From positions 62,001 to 90,367 of the forward strand of contig NGBS01000317.1 in NCBI GenBank assembly GCA_002245135.1: 28,367 nucleotides of DNA, written 5' to 3'. The first letter of the stretch is position 1, and each line of letters begins with the position of its first letter. The notes below the pieces were generated by a model that saw nothing but the letters and a program-made list of their open reading frames with translations, made no database searches and was not told where the DNA came from. Position numbers and translations under genes: made by a program. Shown in pieces: positions 13,201 through 22,200 of this stretch. The DNA is from Proteromonas lacertae. Its lineage: Eukaryota.

Positions 13201-14703
13201 TTAGAAATTGTAGTAACAGTTCCACCAGAAATAACCGAAGTAGTAGGAAAAGATGCAGTAGATAGTGCAACAATAGATATATCAAGCAACACTGAATATT
13301 TGCAAAACACTATAATTGATAAAACTACAGAAGTTTCTGATAGATTTACTCAAATAACTGTTTCTGAAATAAAAAATGATGTTGTAATTAAAACTGAACC
13401 TCCAACAACACAACAACCAACACTTTCAGTAAATACTATTGAATTAAAAATAATGATGAGAATTTCTAACCCATCAACAGAATTGACCGATGAAGAGAAG
13501 AAAGTTATTCAACAAGCAATTATAGATTACTATAATGAGAGTCATATCACAGTTGTTTATGTTAAAATTGATGTTATTCCAAGAAGAAGAAGATTATTAG
13601 GTAGTAAAGAAGTTGGAAATATGGAATTGACTATAACAGTGTTTTTCTCAGAGAATGTTGATATGAATGAAGCGAACGATAGAACTGATACTTTAATAGC
13701 AGATAAAGATGGTTTTAGAGATAGAATAAAGGCAATTGCAGAAGAAAGAGGAATAGAAAGTTTAAAGAATATAGAAATTGATAAAATAGAAAAAGTAGAC
13801 ACTGGTGGAAATGAAGATTCAAACAATACTGCAATAATTGTTGGTTGTGTTGTAGGTGGAGTAGTATTAATAGGAATAATAGTTGTAGGTGCAATATTAT
13901 ATGTAAGATATAATCAAAGAAAAAAATATATTCATAAAGCTGGAAAATTGAGTATGTCCAGATCTCACGAAGAAAAAGATTTAGAAACAACAGTAGAAAA
14001 AATAGGAGAAGCAGTAGAAGATGAAGCAGAATTAGCTCCAATAAACACAAGACCTAATAAAAGACATTCTGAAGTTCAAGCTGATTCTTCTGAAACTAGT
14101 CTTACTCCAATAGCTAAAGCCAGAGCATTACAAAAGAAAAGAGTAATAACTCAAGTAGTAAATCAACAAGAAGTATATAAGCCATTTAATTATGAGATAA
14201 TAATGGAAGGGTATTTAATGAAACAAGGCCAAAAGAGTTTTAATTATAATATTCGATATTGTGTATTATATTATGAGCCAGCTGTATTACGAATCTATGG
14301 TTCAATGACTCCTAGTTATTATGGTAATTTATATACTGATGAGAAACAAAGTATTCCATTGGAATGCTATAGTGGAATTGAATATAAAGAAGGAAGTTCA
14401 GAATTTACATTAGTATTGAAAGTTCGAGATTCTTCAATCAAATCATTTGAACCAGGAGATAAAGAGCGAAAAGTGAACTTCAAAGTGGAAGGAGAAAATG
14501 CCGTAGAAATATCAAAGAGATGGGTAGAATGTTTCAGAGATTTTAAGAGTCAAAAACCAAGAAAAGAAAATGCTGAAATTCAAAAACTAGTAATTGATGA
14601 AGATAAAGGTAAAATCACTGAAGAAAAATCAAACAATAAAGAAGTGTTGATGGATAGAATTAGAGAAAAAAGAAGAACATTAAGAGAAAGACCAAATATT
14701 TAG
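1224..14703 (+). CDS. Giant type I membrane metalloprotease/adhesin-like protein, ~4,492 aa when ORFs 1224-5504 and 5416-14703 are joined across a +1 frameshift at ~5436
   Basis: Two overlapping long ORFs (1426 and 3095 aa). Removing one base at 5436 joins KVLPS to GLKLDMKSGIISGTP and restores an LPxGLxLDxxxGxISGTP He_PIG motif. The first ORF alone has the signal peptide (MHLIDFVFIAILVTVGAESS) and the second alone has the TM helix. Confidence 0.85.
1530..2300 (+). other. Metzincin zinc metalloprotease domain, most like peptidase family M11 (gametolysin); boundaries approximate
   Basis: HEMHHNMGFSH (HExxHxxGxxH) at 1998-2030, Met-turn YGDHACIMG at 2091-2117, upstream GWAGMG. The YGDxxCxMG and WAG motifs are typical of M11. 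Confidence 0.8.
4030..6390 (+). repeat. Dispersed He_PIG (putative Ig)-like repeats, N-terminal cluster; six more copies lie in the super-repeats
   Basis: DLPAGISLSDKCELYG, NLPVSIKFNESDGSLY, KLPDGIMIDNNNCKIN, LPS/GLKLDMKSGIISGTP, LPKGLEISENGIISGIA, IPKGLEFNSETGVFDGY. Confidence 0.75.
4821..5300 (+). other. PA14-like carbohydrate-binding domain
   Basis: GWISNYY...RIEDSINY...WPKLG...FVSRKGIIFSKKTGTWVLGVKGSGSTHFGVSNEILD...IKEGGHMFFYE follows the PA14 strand pattern. The canonical DD pair is replaced by GS. Confidence 0.5.
6400..12825 (+). repeat. Three diverged tandem super-repeats of ~2.1-2.2 kb (about 6400-8562, 8563-10746, 10747-12825)
   Basis: Each unit has the same order of motifs: He_PIG, GWYxIxY, PxIxYxY...PxxIENGAD, He_PIG, KRYY...LFDLR...NG...MY.NG..F.E, a galactose-binding-like F[DQ]xx module, then C..xxW[PK]xTxxG...C...R.C....W...C. 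Confidence 0.85.
12826..12990 (+). repeat. Pro/Thr-rich mucin-like stalk
   Basis: PKPTETPTTPKTTTLPPTTETPTPSPTDPQPTCP...PKPTTPAPSS. Confidence 0.85.
13834..13905 (+). other. Single transmembrane helix
   Basis: IIVGCVVGGVVLIGIIVVGAILYV followed by basic RYNQRKK (positive-inside rule). Confidence 0.9.
14197..14547 (+). other. Cytoplasmic pleckstrin homology (PH) domain
   Basis: IIMEGYLMKQGQKSFNYNIRYCVLY...LRIY...IPL...FTL...FKVE...SKRWVECF matches the PH hallmarks: EGYLxKxG, RYxVL, LxxY and a terminal helix with Trp. Confidence 0.8.
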
Positions 14704-14821
14704 GATAAGCATTATTCTATGAAATTATTATTAAAATTATTATAATTTCTTGTTTTTACACTTAAATTTTTCATAATTAATATTATAACTTGAGTGAAAC
14801 AACTCAAGAAGATTATCCTTT

Positions 14822-17338
14822 CTATAATGAAAATTCGCTGGATGTTCTTGTTATGGTAAGATGAGATTGCTTCATCGTAGAGTATACGTGCCCATAAGGA
14901 GTGAAAACACTCTTTGTGGTCTCTACGGTGTAGATGTTCTGATCAAGGACTCGGAAGTAGACATCAAAGTTCTTCTGATCAATGAACTTGAAATCTCCAC
15001 ACGGTAACTTGCTGGAGGACATCGTAGATGGGTATAAGCTATTGTAGTCATTGTACATGATGTAAGTAGAAGGCTCCGATGGATCGTAGTTGTTCTGATA
15101 CTTGTTGTTGCTAGTGCTATACTTTTCACTTCCCATAGATGAGATACCTTCGTAAAGGCCAGCTATGAAGAAGTCGTAGATGTCTTCCTCGGAGATTAAG
15201 GGGATGCTGATGTGCTCATGCTGGAGGAATGCATCCCACGATAATCTAGGACCAGAGATGTACCAGGCTGGATCATACTGGAACCCTCCGAGGATGACAT
15301 TACGGAAGTTCTCAAAGACACATGCAAGGATGTCAACATCGACGGCTAAGTAAAGCATGTTGTAATCACCTAAGGACTGGCACTTTAACTTCTTAAACAC
15401 TTCACAGGCAAAGTTGTACTCCTCCTCATTGATTCCTTTCATATTGAGCTCTTAGTAGAAAGCTTCTTCCGGTGGTAACTCTGGGTCATCGTACTTGGCT
15501 AAGTCATCACAATACTCATAAGGGAAGTAGTTCTTCTGCATAAGGTAAGTCTTGATCAGCTCTTCATCATATCCCTTGATCTGGTTCATCACGTAGAACA
15601 CCGGGGCAAAGTACTTCTTGAAATCCCCAGACTGGACTGCCTGATGATGTAAACATTCTGTAAGAGACTCTAAGCTGGAGGACATGAAGCAGTAGCTATC
15701 GATGAAGGACAATCGTAAGGTTGATATGCTAAGGAACTTCTCATCGGACTTTGGTATCACATCTACTTGACATCTCTTGGCTAACTCTCGAAGGATGAAT
15801 GCCTGATCGTAGTTCTTAGCATTGTGGGCTATCACCGGGATTCTCATATAAGCAATCTGGCAAGCGCTGTTGCAGGAATTGTATAAGGCTGCGATGTACT
15901 TGCAGGTGAAGCGATCATGATGTCTTACCTTGTAATTCTCCTTGGTAAACTACTCACCGTAGAAGGTACAGTTAGTTGCTTAATTGAAAGCTGTCTGATC
16001 ATCCTTGGTTACTCACATCACCTTTGGTTTATCACTGATCTCTCAATAATAATCCTCAATCAACTCTCCGATCAATAGGAACTGTATAATACGTGAAGGG
16101 ACTTCTTGGACTCCACAGTCTTGCTCTTGTTTAAGGCATTACCATCCTTATCAACATGGAATACCTTCGTGAAATAGACCTCGGTATCGTAGTAGATCAC
16201 GATGAGGATGTATTGCATATTCTTATTATGCTTAAAGAAGCAATGGCTCTTCTCATAATCGTTTGAGTCGGAAAACTCTCTCTTGATAAGTTACTTGATA
16301 AGCTTCTGGCATGGATAACTTTGATGAGTAAGGAACTGATAGAAGGAAGTTGTTCCCGAGCAACAGTAAGGGCAACATAAGTAAGTGTTGTGGTTCTTCT
16401 TACCGGTGTCTTTGGATTATGATCTCTTCATAAAGGCATCGAGACTTTTGACTAACCAGAAGTGTCTTTCTTGGTTGAATAAATTTAAGCGAGGATAGTT
16501 TGAGCGCTTATCAATCTTAGGTAAGTAGATCGGAGCTACACAATGGATATGGTTCTCCTGCTTCGAAGATGGAGATGGTAAGGTGATTCTTCTCCTGGAA
16601 CTGCTGGATCTTGTTATGATGGAAGTCTAAGTCCATTGGGTAAGTTGACAAGCTATCATCGACAATGGATAAGAAGCATTCATATTGCTTTGGACGGTTA
16701 GGATGAGTACTACAGGAGGGTCTTAAGAACATCACAATGCAGTAAAGGAAGCATCGATCGTTAGTATTCTTTACTGTGCAGCAACACTTCTTATTAGCAA
16801 TAAACTTTGGTAACTTCGGGATCCTACAGCATCCTCCTTGCATGTTATCGAAGACTGCTAACTTTACTTTGACAGCTTATTGAGTTTATCATGAATCGCT
16901 GCTTGGAATAAATTCTGGATGCTCTTGCTATCGATGAAGTTGTTGATTGGGAATGTATCACACTTGACAGTATAGATCTTGTTGGTGCCTACGGTCTCTT
17001 CGAAGGTACAGATCAACGTGATGCTTACTTTGAGGGTTCACATGGGCAGTCAGTATCTGCTCCACTCTATCGTAGAATGGTTCATTGCCATAGCAAAGTT
17101 GATTGACAAAGGCTTCTGGATTATCTCTTAAGGTCATCTGCGGAGTCTCCATCTGGATTGCCCTAGAGTACTTCATGGAGGACAACTCCTTCTCATGGAT
17201 GTTGAACACTCTTTGATCCATAGGTAATGCTCTTGGATCATTAACCATCGGTGGAACTACTGCGTGATATCTTCTTGAGCTTCTTGAAGTCCTTTGCTTC
17301 TTTGTTGGAGTATTATCGGTAGGTAATGATCTCTTCAT
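14822..17338 (-). pseudogene. polB: Protein-primed family B DNA polymerase (pPolB, Polinton/adintovirus type), disrupted
   Basis: Ordered motifs: LPKFIANKKCCCTVKNTNDRCFLYCI, HFWLVKSL, CPYC..H..C Zn finger, ExoI VIYYDTE (16180-16200), EndoVII-like insert (15869-15970), ExoII IPVIAHNAKNYD, FIDSYCFMSSSL, KNYFPYEY, LPPEEAFY, ExoIII YLAVDVDIL, DPAWYISGPRLSWDAFL, motif A DYNSLYP (15029-15049), terminal PYGH. At least 7 in-frame stops, frameshifts, and motifs B and C are missing. Assigning ORF 16958-17338 as the N-terminus is tentative. Confidence 0.9.
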
Positions 17339-17713
17339 ACTTCCTAGGAAGTATTTGGAAATTAAAAACTGATAGCTACCAGGTGTTTCACTTCACGTAG
17401 AATCCGATCATAGACTTCTTCGATGATTCCATTCATGAACTTTTCCGAGGCATTCTAACTTCAGTTCTTCTTCTTCGATTACTCCTTTATGTTATCTTGA
17501 TCACAGCCAGGACAACACTTGCTTATTATGACTTAGCGTTTAATGATTAAGTTCTGGTCTCTTGGAGCTAGGCGATTCTACATCCTCGGAGGAGCTTCTG
17601 CTTCTCTTTATGGCTATGTTCTCATCTTCCTTGGGTGTTGATGTTAGCTTACCGGTGACTTGCCCATGTAATTCCTCCTACCTCACTGGATTATTGACTA
17701 CTGATTATGTCTC

Positions 17714-18745
17714 CTAGATTAAAGTCTCCAGCTTCAAGTCCTTTGAGGCCTCTACCTTGGCTTTGTTGAGCTCTTCGAGTTGTTCTTGTTCCTTTATATC
17801 ATTAATAATCATGCTAGCCTCATTCATCAACTCATCAGAGTCTTCCTTCGTGGAGTGGTTCTCTTTCTTGTTATGGTTCTCCCAGTGATAGTAATCATAC
17901 ATTACGGCATAGTCCTCAACATTGATCTTAAACTCCAGGAGATTGCTTAAGTACTTTGCCGTGAAATACTTTAAGTTGATCATCCTATCGTAGAATCTCT
18001 TGTACTTCTCTGAGCATTGATAGTTGGATTCTTGGATTATCTTCAGTGTTGATCGAAGCTTCAGCACGTTCCTTATAATGTTCTTTACTTGAGTTAATCG
18101 CCATGATGGAGTATGCCTAGCTTCGATGCACTCTTCAATAACCCTTACCTCCTTGGGCTCTACTATGAACTGAGGTATTGTCAGCTCCTTGAGATCCTCT
18201 TGACATTTCTTAAAGGCTTTACGGGATCGTGCGTATAATCCATAGATGTTGAACCTGATAAAGTACTGCTCTAATATTGGTATCTTGATTATCCTGCTCA
18301 TGGAGTTAGGAACAAGCTGGATGTATCTTCCCTTGATCGCTCTTGCTGAGAAAACATCTTGCATATTACCATCCTTATCGAATAAACCAATGTCAACCAA
18401 GTACAGGTAGTACTCTTTATCATACTTATCACTTACCGAGGGTCTGTGAACTTTATAAAACACCTGGCCACGTTCACTCCGTTCAAAGAAGTAATCTAGG
18501 CATGACAACTGCTCTATCAGATAAGGAGCTCTATAATCCTTCTAGCTGAACCTACTTGAGTCTGGTTGATATTAGGAGCATACATTCTTTAAGATTTTGA
18601 GGTGGCAATAGCACCAGTCGATGAAGCTATCGCAGATCATTATCGTCCATCTCCTTGCTAATTTAATTGCCTTGTAGTTGGGGTTATTGATAAAGTGTCT
18701 TGACTGCCATAAGGGAATGACTGAGGAGTAGCTTATCGGAGGTCC
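17714..18745 (-). pseudogene. Orphan gene of the element: 264-aa open segment (17714-18508) that extends upstream through two stops
   Basis: The same frame continues upstream as IPLWQSRHFINNPNYKAIKLARRWTIMICDSFIDWCYCHLKILKNVCS*YQPDSSRFS*KDYRAPYLIEQLSCLDY, with stops at 18572-18574 and 18542-18544. The ORF-track start is TTG. No family recognised. Confidence 0.6.
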
Positions 18746-19034
18746 TTAAAAGATCTACGATAATGATTCACGATAAGGTTGCATGGTTATTATTACTTAT
18801 GCCACGAAGATTCCCTTTTGAGTTTCCACGAATGTCATTATCGTAGCTTACTGAGGAGAAGCTTACCCATGAGTTACCAATTGGTAACAAGTTAACAATT
18901 GTAAATACCTTCAAGTAACTCCCTTAGAAGATCGTCCATTATGTCGTTTAATCGCCTGATCTACGCTTTCAGCATCCAATAAATACATATGTCATTTCTT
19001 GGCTGTTTAATAATACTTGGAAAGCAATATTTGG

Positions 19035-19081
19035 AATACACATCTGATAGTCACTTTATGATCTACCATCAGATGTGTATT
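19035..19081. repeat. Hairpin with a 14-bp perfect stem
   Basis: AATACACATCTGAT (19035-19048) pairs with ATCAGATGTGTATT (19068-19081) around a 19-nt loop. Two more pairs are possible after one mismatch. Confidence 0.85.
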
Positions 19082-19201
19082 TGACTATGTAAGCAGAATA
19101 GATAGTGTTTAACAGAAATTGTATTTAGTTAATAAAACAAATCTCAAAATTCCACACAAACATAATTTTCTATAAAATGATAATAATAATTTGAAAATGA
19201 T

Positions 19202-22200
19202 TTATTTCAAACTAGATTCTTCTTTTAATGTTCTCTTTCTTTCTTTAATTCTATCCATCAACACTTCTTTATTGTTTGATTTTTCTTCAGTGATTTTACC
19301 TTTATCTTCATCAATTACTAGTTTTTGAATTTCAGCATTTTCTTTTCTTGGTTTTTGACTCTTAAAATCTCTGAAACATTCTACCCATCTCTTTGATATT
19401 TCTACGGCATTTTCTCCTTCCACTTTGAAGTTCACTTTTCGCTCTTTATCTCCTGGTTCAAATGATTTGATTGAAGAATCTCGAACTTTCAATACTAATG
19501 TAAATTCTGAACTTCCTTCTTTATATTCAATTCCACTATAGCATTCCAATGGAATACTTTGTTTCTCATCAGTATATAAATTACCATAATAACTAGGAGT
19601 CATTGAACCATAGATTCGTAATACAGCTGGCTCATAATATAATACACAATATCGAATATTATAATTAAAACTCTTTTGGCCTTGTTTCATTAAATACCCT
19701 TCCATTATTATCTCATAATTAAATGGCTTATATACTTCTTGTTGATTTACTACTTGAGTTATTACTCTTTTCTTTTGTAATGCTCTGGCTTTAGCTATTG
19801 GAGTAAGACTAGTTTCAGAAGAATCAGCTTGAACTTCAGAATGTCTTTTATTAGGTCTTGTGTTTATTGGAGCTAATTCTGCTTCATCTTCTACTGCTTC
19901 TCCTATTTTTTCTACTGTTGTTTCTAAATCTTTTTCTTCGTGAGATCTGGACATACTCAATTTTCCAGCTTTATGAATATATTTTTTTCTTTGATTATAT
20001 CTTACATATAATATTGCACCTACAACTATTATTCCTATTAATACTACTCCACCTACAACACAACCAACAATTATTGCAGTATTGTTTGAATCTTCATTTC
20101 CACCAGTGTCTACTTTTTCTATTTTATCAATTTCTATATTCTTTAAACTTTCTATTCCTCTTTCTTCTGCAATTGCCTTTATTCTATCTCTAAAACCATC
20201 TTTATCTGCTATTAAAGTATCAGTTCTATCGTTCGCTTCATTCATATCAACATTCTCTGAGAAAAACACTGTTATAGTCAATTCCATATTTCCAACTTCT
20301 TTACTACCTAATAATCTTCTTCTTCTTGGAATAACATCAATTTTAACATAAACAACTGTGATATGACTCTCATTATAGTAATCTATAATTGCTTGTTGAA
20401 TAACTTTCTTCTCTTCATCGGTCAATTCTGTTGATGGGTTAGAAATTCTCATCATTATTTTTAATTCAATAGTATTTACTGAAAGTGTTGGTTGTTGTGT
20501 TGTTGGAGGTTCAGTTTTAATTACAACATCATTTTTTATTTCAGAAACAGTTATTTGAGTAAATCTATCAGAAACTTCTGTAGTTTTATCAATTATAGTG
20601 TTTTGCAAATATTCAGTGTTGCTTGATATATCTATTGTTGCACTATCTACTGCATCTTTTCCTACTACTTCGGTTATTTCTGGTGGAACTGTTACTACAA
20701 TTTCTAATTCAAGATCAGACAAATTATCAGCTAATAATCTTTCTCTCTTTGAATTAATTTTCACTTCTATATCAATTTCTCTTAAAATTATTCCTTTCAC
20801 TCTATACATATCCATTATTGATAGTTTAATGGCTTTTATTTCTTCTTCATTTAATGTATTCTCAGCTGTTACATTTGCAACATTTTTTAATGTTATTTTT
20901 AATGTTACTGTTGCATTTTCAGGTGGTTTTGTATTATCTGATGATGGTGCTGGAGTTGTTGGTTTTGGAATGATATATGCTGGACATGTTGGTTGAGGAT
21001 CTGTTGGTGATGGAGTTGGTGTTTCTGTTGTGGGAGGTAATGTTGTTGTCTTTGGAGTTGTTGGTGTTTCTGTTGGTTTTGGACATTGTTTATAATCAAC
21101 ATTATACCAAAATACAGCTTTTGAACATTCTCTTGTCATATTCTTTGTTGGATCTGTTTCACATGGTAATGATATTTCTACACCTGGTGCTGTTTCAGGC
21201 CATATTCCCAATTTTGGACATTTGGTTTTACATGTAACTGCTAATACTTGACCTACATTGATTGGATTAGTTCCTTCATATTCAAATTTATATCCATGAT
21301 AAGTTTTGATTGGTAATGCATCATTTGATGTTAAATAAGATGTATATGCAACTAAACTTAATTCATTCTTTTCACCTATTATTTCAGTTGAACCATCTTC
21401 ATTTATTCCATAGAATTTGAATTTTGTTACTGGATTTGAATTATCTGATGGTGCTTTGTATTGTATTCCAGTAAAATATTGATATTCTGTTGATGAATAT
21501 GTATAACTCACATATCCTGTATTGCTATTTACTGTGGCATATTTACTATAATCATTTTGGAATATATTGGTTAATGGATGGTCAGTTGTTCCTTCAACAC
21601 TTCCTTCAATATTTGCTTCATTAAAATCAATTATCTTACTAAAACCACATACTCCATTTACTTCATTTCTTAATTGACTAAACATATACGTGAAATATAA
21701 ACTTTCTAATTTGAATATTTCATTCTTATTACCTTCTTTAGCTGTCATTTCGATTGATAATATATTCTCTCCCATATTAAATAATTTAGATGGACCTCTG
21801 ATTTTTAATATTTCGGTTGTTGAAGATTTTGTACTTTCATGGAATTTTACTCCATTTACATACATCTTTATTTCACCATTTACTTTCAATCTTAAATCAA
21901 ATAATATCATATTTTTATATTCATCTTCAACTCCATTTAAATTGATTGGAATATTGTAATATCTCTTAGTTGATGATAATGATAATAAATTCTCATGATT
22001 ATAGCCTTTATTCCATTCTTTATAATAATTATTATTCAACCATTCTTCATTATTCTGTATTGTATCTGTATAATATACAACTGTTGATGAGGATAAGTAA
22101 TTTCTTAAACTTACACCAAAAACCTCCATACCCCTATAAGCTAAATTATCTCTAATTATTTCAACTCCTTCTGGTGTTGTTAATACAAATTCGGATAACT

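Larger units (their letters stand above)
5531..14662 (+). repeat. Left arm of a >=9.1 kb inverted repeat
   Basis: Reverse complement of 19246-28367. Mirror coordinates sum to 33908 up to ~26600, and both sense and antisense ORF translations are identical between arms. Confidence 0.97.
14790..18980 (-). mobile_element. Degraded Polinton/Maverick- or adintovirus-like endogenous element; boundaries approximate, set by composition
   Basis: Abrupt rise in GC (roughly 40-45% versus roughly 25% by spot counts). All coding remnants lie on the minus strand. Contains a protein-primed PolB pseudogene. No integrase, capsid, ATPase, TIR or TSD recognised. Confidence 0.75.

Noticed and set aside
14789..14808. 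7-bp hairpin CTTGAGT-GAAACA-ACTCAAG at the left element edge
   Set aside because: Short enough to arise by chance and unrelated in sequence to the 19035 hairpin.
17644..17679. Shine-Dalgarno-like AGGAGG 6 nt before an ATG on the minus strand
   Set aside because: The ORF is only 7 codons, other element ORFs lack such a site, and the context is eukaryotic.
15452..18574. Alternative genetic code (TAA/TAG = Gln) in the element
   Set aside because: Gln is routinely CAA/CAG in the 206- and 264-aa open segments. TGA stops, frameshifts and deletions also occur, so decay explains the stops better.
14780..19100. Terminal inverted repeats or target-site duplication for the element
   Set aside because: No matching ends were found by eye. 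The ends appear eroded.
19155..19162. TGTTTGTG downstream of the right copy's stop, resembling the Blastocystis TGTTTGTT polyadenylation motif
   Set aside because: It is an imperfect match in AT-rich DNA and the left copy has only TGTTTTT. It cannot be supported without transcript ends.
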